The notes under the pieces: model-generated | The model's database searches: none | What the model saw: the letters and a program-made list of their open reading frames with translations, nothing else | What the model was told of the DNA's origin: nothing | NCBI GenBank assembly: GCA_020073485.1 | Contig: JAIQFB010000011.1 | Coordinates: forward strand, 50,046-114,045 | Source of the DNA: Terriglobia bacterium | GTDB taxonomy: Bacteria > Acidobacteriota > Terriglobia > Acidiferrales > UBA7541 | DNA length: 64,000 bases | Reading direction: 5' to 3' | Position numbers and translations under genes: made by a program | In this document: positions 29,965 to 38,815 of the stretch, one piece after another | Layout of the letters: every line of letters begins with the position of its first letter | How positions within the stretch are numbered: the stretch's first letter is position 1

Positions 29965-30494
29965 TACTGAACTTGTTCCGCCGGTTCTTGCGTCACGCTG
30001 GCCGGAGAATTCGGGAGTTCCGACAGCGCGTCAAACTTGGAAAGCACGTCGTAATTCTCCAGCACCGGCAAATCACGGATCATGCGGTAATCGGCTTCCG
30101 CCGCCATCTGGACCACCTTGGCCTCCACCTTGGCCTCGACCCTGGTTCGGTTACTGGCGATGCGCGGCATGGAAGACAGCCAGACCGACATGACCACCAA
30201 AGCGGTAACGGCAAACGCCAGCCTGGGCGAAGGCAGCCACTCCCAGAATCCGCGGCGCACCGGTTCGGCGGCAATGCGCGCCCGCAACGACGCATCGAAC
30301 GCGGGGGAGGGAGAAAGCACCGGAAGATCTTCCATGGCATTCCAGAGCGCGCGAAATTCCTCGGCGCGCACGCGGCATTCGGCGCACATCGCCAGATGCG
30401 CCTCGACGGCGCGGCGCTCGGCGGGTTTGGCGCGGCCATCCAGATAGGCGACTAATTTGTTTTCCATTCCCGAGCATTTTTGCGTGCCGCTCAT
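29964..30494 (-). CDS. anti-sigma factor with a zf-HC2 domain and one TM segment
   Basis: 176 aa. N-terminal H-x3-C-x2-C (HLAMCAECR) and TM segment LAFAVTALVVMSVWL. It sits immediately downstream of the ECF sigma gene. Confidence 0.8.
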   Translation of the reverse strand: MSGTQKCSGMENKLVAYLDGRAKPAERRAVEAHLAMCAECRVRAEEFRALWNAMEDLPVLSPSPAFDASLRARIAAEPVRRGFWEWLPSPRLAFAVTALVVMSVWLSSMPRIASNRTRVEAKVEAKVVQMAAEADYRMIRDLPVLENYDVLSKFDALSELPNSPASVTQEPAEQVQ

Positions 30495-30522
30495 AGAGTC
30501 CTCACTTCCATCACCACAAATG

Positions 30523-31143
30523 CTATACCCGCACCGAATTCACCAGCGGAGCCAGCTCCGCGCGCAATGTTTCGTAGGCGCGGAAAAGCAAGGACTTCAG
30601 CGCGCTCTCCGAACATTCCAGAATCCGGGCAATTTCATCGTAATCCAGTTCCTGATACTTGTGCAAAAGCACCGCCGCGCGCTGCTTTTCCGGCAGCGCG
30701 TGAACGGCTTTCAGGATCATTTCCGCCCGCGTGCGCGCCACCATTTCCTGCTCGATGCTCGGAGCGTCATCCGGGACTTGCATCGCTGGTTGGTCCTCGT
30801 CGCCCATCGCCACCGATTGGTCCATGGAAATTTCCATCTGACGGTGGCGATTGTCGCGCACCGAATTCAGCGCCAGGTTCGTGGCGATGCGGAACATCCA
30901 GGTGGTGAACTTCGCGCTGGGAGCGTATTCCTTGCGGGCGCGGTAGACGCGGAGAAACACTTCCTGGGCCAGTTCTTCGGCGACGCCGGGGTCGCGGACC
31001 ATGCGGTAGAGGAAATTGACCAGGGGAGCCCTATACTTGCGGAGCAAAAGCTCGAAGGACTGCTCATCCCCGGCTTTCACGTCCAGCATCAATTGGACGT
31101 CGGTCCTGGCCATAGCCTCCACATCTTGTCTAACCCGTTTCAT
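30523..31143 (-). CDS. ECF-type RNA polymerase sigma-70 family factor
   Basis: 206 aa. Region 2 (FRIATNLALNSVRD) and region 4 (LPEKQRAAVLLHKYQELDYDEIARILECSESALKSLLFRA). Confidence 0.9.
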   Translation of the reverse strand: MKRVRQDVEAMARTDVQLMLDVKAGDEQSFELLLRKYRAPLVNFLYRMVRDPGVAEELAQEVFLRVYRARKEYAPSAKFTTWMFRIATNLALNSVRDNRHRQMEISMDQSVAMGDEDQPAMQVPDDAPSIEQEMVARTRAEMILKAVHALPEKQRAAVLLHKYQELDYDEIARILECSESALKSLLFRAYETLRAELAPLVNSVRV

Positions 31144-31217
31144 ATATAAAAGTTGCGGAAATACGCGATTGTTGGCCCGACCCTCACCGAGAAGAACAAC
31201 TTTGGCGATTGTATATG

Positions 31218-31244
31218 ATTACGGGCAAAAGCCAAGAGGGTTCA
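31218..31244 (-). promoter_or_regulatory. candidate autoregulated ECF promoter
   Basis: The minus strand reads TGAACC, then N15, then CGTAAT (GAAC-N16-CGT). This resembles the ECF -35 AAC / -10 CGT architecture. It lies about 75 nt upstream of the sigma gene. Confidence 0.3.
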
Positions 31245-31309
31245 GGAGCTGCCGTGCCCTGTGGACCAACTGAATATAAAGGAGATAAGGCAGTTTCAGT
31301 TTGGAAATT

Positions 31310-32068
31310 TCAGCCGTGGAACAACTTATCAAGCATCAGCATCAACGCCACACCCAGAAAAACCAGCAGCGCCATACGGGCGTCGGGCTCCCGGTTGACT
31401 TCCGGCACCAGGTCTGTTGCGGCAACATATAAGGTCACCCCTGCCGAGATCGGCAGCGCGTAGGCCACCTGGGAATGTAAGAGACCCATGAGAAGAATGC
31501 CGCCAACGGTCGCCGCGCCCAGCCAGATGGATGCCAGCAGCGCCGTGTGGCGGCTTTGCCCGCTGGCAAGCATGAGAGACGCGACAGTAAAACCCTCGGG
31601 AATCTTGTGCAGCACGATGGCCAGAAAAATGATCCCGCCGAGCCACCCAGAAACCAGAAATCCGGAAGCGATGGCCACGCCGTCGAAAAACGTGTGAATC
31701 GACAGGCCAAGGAGCGCGGAAATTCCGGCGTGATCGGGGATGAAATGTTCGGGGTGCGTTTCTTCGCCGAAATGAAAATGCGGCGCCAGCGTATGCTCGA
31801 AAAAATGAACGATGAAGTAGCCGATGAGCGCAAGAATGTAGGCGCGGCTACCCGATAATTCCACCGATTCCGGAAGAATCTCCAGAATCGCGGCGGCCAG
31901 CATGAATCCTGCGCCCAGCGCAAGAAAATATTTTAGATATTGGCGCGACCATTCGCGGTGCAGGATGAAAAGCCCGCCGAGAATATTCGCCGCCGCGGCC
32001 GTAAGCCCCAGCACCAGGGCCAGCAGCATGCGCGAGGCAGGCACGGGAATGGATTCCGCGAGCGTCAT
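31310..32068 (-). CDS. ZIP-family divalent metal transporter (ZupT-like)
   Basis: 252 aa polytopic protein. A His-rich loop HFHFGEETHPEH, plus HKIPEGF and HTFFDG motifs. Confidence 0.85.
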   Translation of the reverse strand: MTLAESIPVPASRMLLALVLGLTAAAANILGGLFILHREWSRQYLKYFLALGAGFMLAAAILEILPESVELSGSRAYILALIGYFIVHFFEHTLAPHFHFGEETHPEHFIPDHAGISALLGLSIHTFFDGVAIASGFLVSGWLGGIIFLAIVLHKIPEGFTVASLMLASGQSRHTALLASIWLGAATVGGILLMGLLHSQVAYALPISAGVTLYVAATDLVPEVNREPDARMALLVFLGVALMLMLDKLFHG

Positions 32069-32070
32069 CG

Positions 32071-33147
32071 TCAGCCGCTATGGCGAAACAAAATGACGTC
32101 ACCTTCCTGAACGATGTATTCCTTGCCTTCGAGGCGCACTTGCGCCTTTTCGCGCGCCGCCGGAAGGCTGCCCGCGGCCAGCAGATCTTCGCAGCGCACG
32201 ACTTCGGCGCGGATGAAACCGCGCTCGATATCCGAGTGGATCGCTCCGGCGGCTTTTTGCGCGTTCATGCCGCGCTTGATGGTCCAGGCGCGCACTTCCG
32301 GCTCGCCCGCGGTGAAAAATGAAGTCAGGCCCAGCAGTTGATAGGTGGCCTGAATCAAGCGGTCGAGCCCCGAGGACTTAAGTCCGTAGGCCGCGAGCAT
32401 TTCGGCGGCTTCGGCGGGTTCGAGTTCAGCGAGTTCGGCTTCGATGCGGCCGCAGATGGAAACGATCGCGGTGTTTGGGCGGCCTTCGAGTTTCGCCAGT
32501 TTGTGGCGCTCGACTGCGGTATCGAGTTCGGCGACTTCGTTGTCTCCCAGATTCAAAACGTAAAGCATCGGCCGCTGTGAGAGAAATTTATACCCGAAGA
32601 TCATTTTTCTTTCGTCCGGATTGAATTCCAGTTCGCGCAGAGGTTTTTCCGATTCGATGGCCGTCTTGCAGCGATTCAGCAGGGCAAGTTCCTGCTCCAG
32701 AACCGGCTCCTTCTTTTTCTTCAAATCTTTTTCCACGCGCTCGATGCGCCGCGTGATCTGATCGAGATCGGAGAGCATCAGTTCAAGATCGAGCACCTCG
32801 GCGTCGCGCAGCGGATCGATCGAGCCCGCCGAATGCGGCACGGCTGGATCGTCGAACACGCGCAGCACATGCGCCAGCGCGTCGACTTCGCGCAGCGGCG
32901 CCAGCACGGCGGAATCCTTGGAGCGGTCCTTGATCATGCCGCCCAGATCAACGTATTCGACCGTGGCGTAGGTGATTTTTTTCGGATTGTAGAGCTTGGC
33001 CAGTTGCTCCAGCCGCGGTTCCGGCACGCGCGCCACGCCGACGTGCGTCGCCGCGCGCGCCGATTTCTCATCCAGTTTCGCGCGCGTCAAAATTTTGAAC
33101 AGAGTTGTTTTCCCTACCTGCGGAAGTCCAATGATCCCAGTTTGCAT
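32071..33147 (-). CDS. ychF: redox-regulated ribosome-associated ATPase YchF
   Basis: 358 aa. G1 motif GLPQVGKTTLF and a C-terminal TGS-like domain (IHSDIERGFIRAEV). Confidence 0.93.
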   Translation of the reverse strand: MQTGIIGLPQVGKTTLFKILTRAKLDEKSARAATHVGVARVPEPRLEQLAKLYNPKKITYATVEYVDLGGMIKDRSKDSAVLAPLREVDALAHVLRVFDDPAVPHSAGSIDPLRDAEVLDLELMLSDLDQITRRIERVEKDLKKKKEPVLEQELALLNRCKTAIESEKPLRELEFNPDERKMIFGYKFLSQRPMLYVLNLGDNEVAELDTAVERHKLAKLEGRPNTAIVSICGRIEAELAELEPAEAAEMLAAYGLKSSGLDRLIQATYQLLGLTSFFTAGEPEVRAWTIKRGMNAQKAAGAIHSDIERGFIRAEVVRCEDLLAAGSLPAAREKAQVRLEGKEYIVQEGDVILFRHSG

Positions 33148-33278
33148 AGAATTGGAATCGTAACATAGCCGTGGTCAGGACGCCTCACGCCGCGCCCCTT
33201 TGGCCGGAAGCACACACCTTGTGCTATCCTGCGCCGGAGCGACCCCCCGGAGCGGAAACAATGTTGGAGGCAAACGCC

Positions 33279-33809
33279 ATGAATTCGAAAACGTGGAGAT
33301 TTTTGACGATCCTGATCACGCTGTTGGCTATGCCTTTGGCGGGGATTACGGCGCGCGCCGCAGCAGCCAGGCCCGCGGACTCCGTAGCCTCCTCGGACGA
33401 AGCGGCCATCAAGCAGGTCGTCGCCGGATTCAGCAACGGCTGGAATACGCACGACGCCCACGCGATGTGCATGTCGCTGGCCGACGACGTCCAATGGGTC
33501 AGCTGGCGCGGCGAAGCTCTTCACACGCGCAAAGAGGTCGAGGACCAGCACGCAGGCCTTTTCGCCGGGCTCTACAAGGAAACCCGTCGCACGGACACGG
33601 TAAAGGCCATCCGCTATCTGGGGCCCGATCTGGTTTCCGTCGACAACTACTGGTCCATGACCGGGGCTAAAAAGCGCGACGGCAGCGACTGGCCGTACCG
33701 CGAGGGGTACGTCAACTACCTGATGGCCAAGCGCGACGGACGCTGGGTGATCATCGTCTCGCACACCGCCGACTTCAACGCGACCTCGCCCGGCTCGGCA
33801 AGCAAGTAG
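33279..33809 (+). CDS. secreted SnoaL-like / SgcJ-EcaC (DUF4440) family protein
   Basis: ORF 33171..33809 trimmed to the ATG at 33279 (MNSKTWRFLTILITLLAMPLAG, a signal peptide). AIKQVVAGFSNGWNTHDAHAM is typical of this family. Confidence 0.7.
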   Translation: MNSKTWRFLTILITLLAMPLAGITARAAAARPADSVASSDEAAIKQVVAGFSNGWNTHDAHAMCMSLADDVQWVSWRGEALHTRKEVEDQHAGLFAGLYKETRRTDTVKAIRYLGPDLVSVDNYWSMTGAKKRDGSDWPYREGYVNYLMAKRDGRWVIIVSHTADFNATSPGSASK

Positions 33810-33871
33810 CGCCATGATTCGGCCATTCGCTTGACGCCGTTGCTCCACTCCCCTAAGCTCGCGGAATCGCC

Positions 33872-34555
33872 ATGGCACAAACACATTACGATGTGGACGC
33901 CGAACACGTGATGCGTGAGCTTTCGCGCGTGGATCGCAAACTGGCGCGCGTAATCCGGCGGGCCGGCTGCTTCCCTACCAAGAAACGGAAGCCGCAGCCT
34001 CCCTTTGCGAGCCTGCTGCAATCGATTGTGTATCAGCAGTTGGCGGGAAAGGCGGCGGCCACAATTTTCGGGCGCGTGAAAGCGCTGGGCGCAAGCGGCT
34101 TCCCTACTCCCGAGGAAATTCTGGCGCTCGACGCGGCACAATTGCGCGGCGCGGGGCTTTCCAGGCAAAAAATCGCGGCGGTGAAGGATCTGGCGCTCAA
34201 GACCATGGACGGCACGGTGCCGCCACTGGCAAAGCTTCGCCGCATGAGCGAGGAGGAAATCCACGAGCGGCTCACGCGGGTGCGCGGGATCGGCGAGTGG
34301 TCGGTGCAGATGTTTCTGATGTCCCGCCTGGGCCGGGCGGACGTGTTGCCGATTCACGATCTGGGAATCCGCAAAGGGTTTCAGATCGTTTACGGACACG
34401 ATGACGTTCCCAAGCCGCAAGTGATTCTGGAATTCGGCGAGCGATGGCGGCCTTACCGTTCGATTGCGAGCTGGTATTTGTGGCGCGCGGCGGATCAGAA
34501 AAACGCGAAGAAACCCGCATCGAAGAAAAGTAAGGAGAAGGCAGGGTGCAGGTAG
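33872..34555 (+). CDS. DNA-3-methyladenine glycosylase II (AlkA-type, HhH-GPD)
   Basis: 227 aa. The helix-hairpin-helix VRGIGEWSVQMFLM is followed by the catalytic-Asp context LPIHDLGIRKG. The stop codon TAG lies inside a REP family B unit. Confidence 0.8.
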   Translation: MAQTHYDVDAEHVMRELSRVDRKLARVIRRAGCFPTKKRKPQPPFASLLQSIVYQQLAGKAAATIFGRVKALGASGFPTPEEILALDAAQLRGAGLSRQKIAAVKDLALKTMDGTVPPLAKLRRMSEEEIHERLTRVRGIGEWSVQMFLMSRLGRADVLPIHDLGIRKGFQIVYGHDDVPKPQVILEFGERWRPYRSIASWYLWRAADQKNAKKPASKKSKEKAGCR

Positions 34556-34599
34556 GACAGGCTGTCCTTCGCTTTGCTCGGGATAAAAAGCCTGTCCTA
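34552..34599. repeat. REP family B, degenerate copy
   Basis: GTAGGACAGGC, then 27 nt, then GCCTGTCCTA. It overlaps the alkA-like stop codon. Confidence 0.6.
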
Positions 34600-34633
34600 A
34601 CTCAAACCGATCGCGTATCGCGATGAATCCTCA

Positions 34634-35341
34634 TTAATTCATGTTTGCCGAGGCGCAACTGCTCGTCTTGTGGTTGGGACGCTCGCGCTCAATGCCATCG
34701 AGCGCGGTCCAAAGCGCCTGAGCGGCTCGGGAAACGCCTTCGAGCGCCTCTTCCGCTCGTTTTTCGTCTTTCTCGACCAGACCGGAAATAATCTTCCGCC
34801 AGACATTCGTGTGGTGCACGTCGGCCGTCCGGTGCAGCGTGAAATAGCTGCAGGTGCGGTCGTCGGCGCCGTAATGCTGTTTTAATCCGCTCAATTTCTC
34901 GGCGGCGATGCGCGGAATTTGCGATTCATAGGCGAACAGGGCGCCAAACACCGAGGCTACCGGCGCTCCCACGGCCATCGCGCGGAACGTTTTCACCAGA
35001 TGGCCGATCTCCGGAATTGGCGTTTCGTCAGCGAGGTCCGATTCGCCGCCCATGCCTTCCACAAAGCGCATCCACAGCAGGGAATGCGGCGTCGCGTCGC
35101 ACTCTTCTTCAAATGCGTTCGCCAGAACGGCCCGGCGCATCGCGCCTTCCGGCAGCCGGGAATGCAGCGCCGTCAGGTATGCTGGAAATTCGGATACCTG
35201 GTGAAAATATTGCTGGGCGTAAAATTTCAGGTCTTCTGTAGTCAATTCACCGGCGGACCATGCTTGATAAAACGGGTGCTTCAACAGATCGCACTTCGCG
35301 ATTTCCTGATCCACTTTGTTCCAGAACGCCGAAATCTCCAT
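34634..35341 (-). CDS. CADD/PqqC/TenA-like heme-oxygenase-fold di-iron protein
   Basis: ORF trimmed to the ATG at 35341 (MEISAFW). HPFYQAWSAGELTTEDLKFYAQQYFHQVSEFPAYLTALHSR and YESQIPRIAAEKLSGL closely resemble the chlamydial CADD sequence as I recall it. Confidence 0.7.
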   Translation of the reverse strand: MEISAFWNKVDQEIAKCDLLKHPFYQAWSAGELTTEDLKFYAQQYFHQVSEFPAYLTALHSRLPEGAMRRAVLANAFEEECDATPHSLLWMRFVEGMGGESDLADETPIPEIGHLVKTFRAMAVGAPVASVFGALFAYESQIPRIAAEKLSGLKQHYGADDRTCSYFTLHRTADVHHTNVWRKIISGLVEKDEKRAEEALEGVSRAAQALWTALDGIERERPNHKTSSCASANMN

Positions 35342-35431
35342 ATTTGTTTTTCCCTCTCCTGGGGATTGCAAATTCTAGCGTCGCAACGAAATCGATTCAA
35401 TATCGAAAACGGAACCGTTTTACGAGATGGA

Positions 35432-35944
35432 TTATTTCTGGCGCGCCGTGAACACCAGCGCGACAAGACCGGAAAGCAGGACCACGCTCTCCACCCGCAC
35501 GGAATACTGATGCAGGCGGTCGAACGCGACGCGCAGGGGATTATCGGCGGGCGTGGCGCTTACCGAACCCATCTGCAATTTCAGCGCGTCCATTCGCGCG
35601 ATGATCCCGTATTGCGAGCCCATGGTGCAGACGATCATCAAGAAGACCAGCAGCGCCGCGGGTGAGACGAGGGCCCCGAGAGATTTCTCCGCCGCCACCG
35701 TCGACAGCAAATACACAACGCCGGCAATGATTCCCATGGTGTGCAGCCGGCCGAGCGCGTAGCCGACCAGCACTCCTGTCAAGTCATTGTTATTCACCAC
35801 CGGAAATATTCCCGCCGTGAACACAATGAAATACACGATGCTGCCCACCCAGGCGCCCAGCGAGAAAATCTGCAGAAATCGAAGAGCGGTAGCCACAGTG
35901 AAATCCTTTCGAGCATCCCAAGAGTAGCACAACGCCCCGGCCAC
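35432..35944 (-). CDS. DUF4149-like integral membrane protein
   Basis: Four predicted TM helices. The ORF-track start is a GTG at 35944. An alternative GTG at 35896 is preceded by AAGGA. Confidence 0.65.
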   Translation of the reverse strand: MAGALCYSWDARKDFTVATALRFLQIFSLGAWVGSIVYFIVFTAGIFPVVNNNDLTGVLVGYALGRLHTMGIIAGVVYLLSTVAAEKSLGALVSPAALLVFLMIVCTMGSQYGIIARMDALKLQMGSVSATPADNPLRVAFDRLHQYSVRVESVVLLSGLVALVFTARQK

Positions 35945-36120
35945 CTCAGGGGAAAGGACTTAGTGGCGCGGCTTAAGACGGTGGATTCTTGTCTGAGACG
36001 GCCTGCCTCCCGCAGGCTGACGCCCGAGCCACTGGAACCCGGCCACTTTTTGAACACAGACGTTAGGCCAATTGTTCGATCACGGAACAAAAAGATGGCA
36101 AGATGGAGATTCGTGGGGCA

Positions 36121-36196
36121 TGGTGGGCGATCAAGGACTTGAACCTTGGACCTCTCGCGTGTGAAGCGAGCGCTCTAACCACTGAGCTAATCGCCC
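36121..36196 (-). tRNA. tRNA-Val (anticodon CAC)
   Basis: Reverse complement GGGCGATTAGCTCAGTGGTTAGAGCGCTCGCTTCACACGCGAGAGGTCCAAGGTTCAAGTCCTTGATCGCCCACCA. Anticodon stem CTCGC/GCGAG with loop TTCACAC, and an encoded CCA. Confidence 0.92.
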
Positions 36197-36207
36197 TACT
36201 TTATTAC

Positions 36208-36306
36208 GGTGGGCTGCAAGTACAGCCCAGACTTTTTCAAGTCGGGCTGCAAGTACAGCCCGGATTTTTTCAGGTCGGGCTGCAAGTACAGCCCGAACCC
36301 AGCATT
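36208..36306. repeat. three tandem 33-bp units, each with the hairpin GGGCTG-CAAGTA-CAGCCC
   Basis: Units span 36208-36240, 36241-36273 and 36274-36306. The first two are followed by T5-T6 on the plus strand. The array starts 12 nt from the 5' end of tRNA-Val. Confidence 0.85.
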
Positions 36307-36340
36307 TGTTTGTAACAGATGCGACAGGGATTTTCAACTT

Positions 36341-37294
36341 ATGACAACGATGGCCACCGCCAATCAGATCGCGCAGTTGCAGAGTTCCATTGCCCGAGTC
36401 ATCCGCGGCAAGGATGAGGTCATTCGCCTGTCGATCGTGGCGTTGCTCGCCCGTGGCCACCTGCTCATCGAGGATGTTCCCGGAGTGGGCAAGACCACGC
36501 TGGCGCAGGCCCTGGCGAACTCCTTTCACTGCTCGTTCCAGCGCATCCAGTTTACTTCGGACCTGCTGCCATCCGACGTGGTTGGCACCAGCATCTACAA
36601 CCAGCTGGAACAGAAATTCGATTTCAAGCCCGGGCCCATCTTCGCCAATATCGTGGTTGCCGATGAAATCAACCGCACCACGCCCAAGACTCAATCGGCG
36701 CTGCTCGAGGCCATGAACGAAGCGCAGGTGACCGTGGACAACTTCACGCACAAGCTGCCGAAACCGTTCATGGTTCTGGCCACGCAAAACCCCATCGAGC
36801 ATCACGGCACCTACCCGCTTCCCGAATCGCAGCTGGACCGGTTTTTGCTGCGCATCGGCATGGGCTATCCCTCGCGCGAAAGTGAACGCGAAATCATGCG
36901 GCAACACACCGGCGGGCGCGACGCCGCTGCGGAAGTCTCCGCCGTAATGGAAGCCAGCGACGTCGAAGCCATGCAGGATGCGGTCACCCGGGTGCGCGTC
37001 GACGACAGCTTGCGCGACTACGCCCTTGATATCGTCGAGCGCACACGCACTAGCGAACAGCTGACACTGGGCGTGAGCCCGCGCGGCCTGCTGATGCTGC
37101 AGCGCGCGGCGCAGGCGCGGGCGTTTCTCGAGGGTCGCGAATTTTGCACCCCGGACGATTTCAAGCAGCTCATCCTTCCGGTGTTCGCGCACCGCGTGGT
37201 GGTCAACACGCGCTACGCCACGACGCAAAAGAAATTGCAGCAAGTGGAAGCGATCCTGAACGAAATTATCGAATCCACGCGCGTTCCGCTTTGA
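36341..37294 (+). CDS. MoxR-family AAA+ ATPase
   Basis: ORF 36209..37294 trimmed to the ATG at 36341 (MTTMATANQ). Walker A GVGKTTLA, Walker B VVADEINR. The upstream part of the ORF only reads through the 33-bp repeats. Confidence 0.9.
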   Translation: MTTMATANQIAQLQSSIARVIRGKDEVIRLSIVALLARGHLLIEDVPGVGKTTLAQALANSFHCSFQRIQFTSDLLPSDVVGTSIYNQLEQKFDFKPGPIFANIVVADEINRTTPKTQSALLEAMNEAQVTVDNFTHKLPKPFMVLATQNPIEHHGTYPLPESQLDRFLLRIGMGYPSRESEREIMRQHTGGRDAAAEVSAVMEASDVEAMQDAVTRVRVDDSLRDYALDIVERTRTSEQLTLGVSPRGLLMLQRAAQARAFLEGREFCTPDDFKQLILPVFAHRVVVNTRYATTQKKLQQVEAILNEIIESTRVPL

Positions 37295-37310
37295 GTCATC
37301 CTGAATTCCG

Positions 37311-38687
37311 ATGAATTTTGAATACCTCGAACGCCGGGCGAGCCCCAGGCCGGAATCCCGGCCTACTAAGCGGTGGCATGGCGTCGACCGTCCGAGTTGG
37401 CGAAGCTTTTTTATTGCCATGCTGGCGCTGGCGGCGGCGCTTTTTCTGGCGCTGTATTCCGGCGCGGCGGTCGAGGGTGGGCATCTGGTGGTCGCGGCGC
37501 TGGCGGCGCTGACGGCGCTGGTGCTGGCGGGCTGGGTGGCGCTGACGATCGTCCCGGTGCTGGCGCGGCGCACTCCGCTGCGCTGGCTCACCTACCAGAT
37601 TGACTACAAACTGACGCGCGAAGGCGGCGTGTATTTGGTAGGCATTTTCGTCGTCGCCCTTGCGGCGCTCAATACCGGAAACAACCTGCTGTTCATGGTG
37701 CTGGCCTGCCTGCTGGCCGGCGTGCTGGTTTCGGGCCTGCTCTCGCGGCAGGTACTCAGCGGGATCGACGTTCACCTCACGCTGCCCGAGCACATTTTTG
37801 CCGAGCGCGCGGTGATGGCCATCGCCGAACTGCAAAATACCAAGCAGATAATGCCGTCGTTTTCGATTTCCCTGGTCAGCGAGGAAAGGCCGAAACCAAA
37901 AAAAGGTCCGCAGATGCATTTCGCGCCGCGTATCCTGGACCGGCCCATCTACTTCCCGCACATTCCTCACCAACAAACAGTGCGCCAGGACGTCGAACTG
38001 ACGTTCCCCCGCCGCGGCATTTACCGGCAGGATATCCTCGGCCTGCGAACGAAATTTCCGTTTGGTTTTCTGCAGAAGACCCGCCAGATCGGTTCGGAGA
38101 TCGAAGCGCTGGTGTACCCCGCGGTCCATCCCACCGAGGAGTTTTACGAAATTCTTCCGCTGCTGAGCGGCGAACTGGAAAGTTTCCAGCGCGGGCGCGG
38201 CAACGATCTCTACGGCATCCGCGATTACGTGTTCAATGACAGCGCCCGGCACGTGGACTGGAAAGCCTCGGCCCGAACCGGCGCTTTGCAGGTCCGCGAA
38301 TACGCGCGCGAGGACGAGCGCCGCGTAATGCTGGCGTTTGATCCGTACATGGGAGCAACCCGCGAGGACGAAAAGCAATTCGAGCGCGCCGTGACGCTTT
38401 GCGCCGGCCTGGCCTGGCACTTTTACGAAATTAATTCCGTGCTGGAGTTCCGCTCCGCCGGCTTCGCCACGCCGCGCGTGACCGCCGGCGAAATCATCTA
38501 CGATATTTTGCGATACCTGGCCAGCGTGACTCCCCTGAAGCAGCAGCCCGGCCGAAGTTTCCTGGATACGCTGGTCGATGCGCCCGACATTTTCAAAATT
38601 GTTCTAACCAACCAGCAGCGCGGCTCGATTCCCACCGGGCTGTGGAACTCTTCTTACTTTCTTTTTGTTTCGTCCATGCAATCCTGA
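37311..38687 (+). CDS. DUF58 domain protein with N-terminal TM segments (MoxR partner)
   Basis: 458 aa. GIRDYVFNDSARHVDWKASARTGALQVREY is the DUF58 hallmark. Confidence 0.85.
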   Translation: MNFEYLERRASPRPESRPTKRWHGVDRPSWRSFFIAMLALAAALFLALYSGAAVEGGHLVVAALAALTALVLAGWVALTIVPVLARRTPLRWLTYQIDYKLTREGGVYLVGIFVVALAALNTGNNLLFMVLACLLAGVLVSGLLSRQVLSGIDVHLTLPEHIFAERAVMAIAELQNTKQIMPSFSISLVSEERPKPKKGPQMHFAPRILDRPIYFPHIPHQQTVRQDVELTFPRRGIYRQDILGLRTKFPFGFLQKTRQIGSEIEALVYPAVHPTEEFYEILPLLSGELESFQRGRGNDLYGIRDYVFNDSARHVDWKASARTGALQVREYAREDERRVMLAFDPYMGATREDEKQFERAVTLCAGLAWHFYEINSVLEFRSAGFATPRVTAGEIIYDILRYLASVTPLKQQPGRSFLDTLVDAPDIFKIVLTNQQRGSIPTGLWNSSYFLFVSSMQS

Positions 38688-38697
38688 GGGGCCCTAA

Positions 38698-38783
38698 GTG
38701 GAGCAGGCTTCAGCCTGTGGGTGTTGGTCCAAGCACGATCAATCTTGGTGCAACCAACCCCCACAGGCTGAAGCCTGCGCCAC
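38698..38783. repeat. REP family A, diverged bipartite element
   Basis: GTGGAGCAGGCTTCAGCCTGTGGGTG, then a spacer, then CCCCCACAGGCTGAAGCCTGCGCCAC. It lies between the DUF58 stop and the mutY start. Confidence 0.75.
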
Positions 38784-38815
38784 TCAATTTCCGTTCCCAT
38801 TCGCATTGTGCGAAA

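Noticed and set aside
36208-36306. The tandem 33-bp repeats as a possible mini-CRISPR array.
   Set aside because: The units are contiguous with no unique spacers. There are only three copies, no cas genes, and the units contain T-runs. This is a tandem hairpin repeat, not a CRISPR array.
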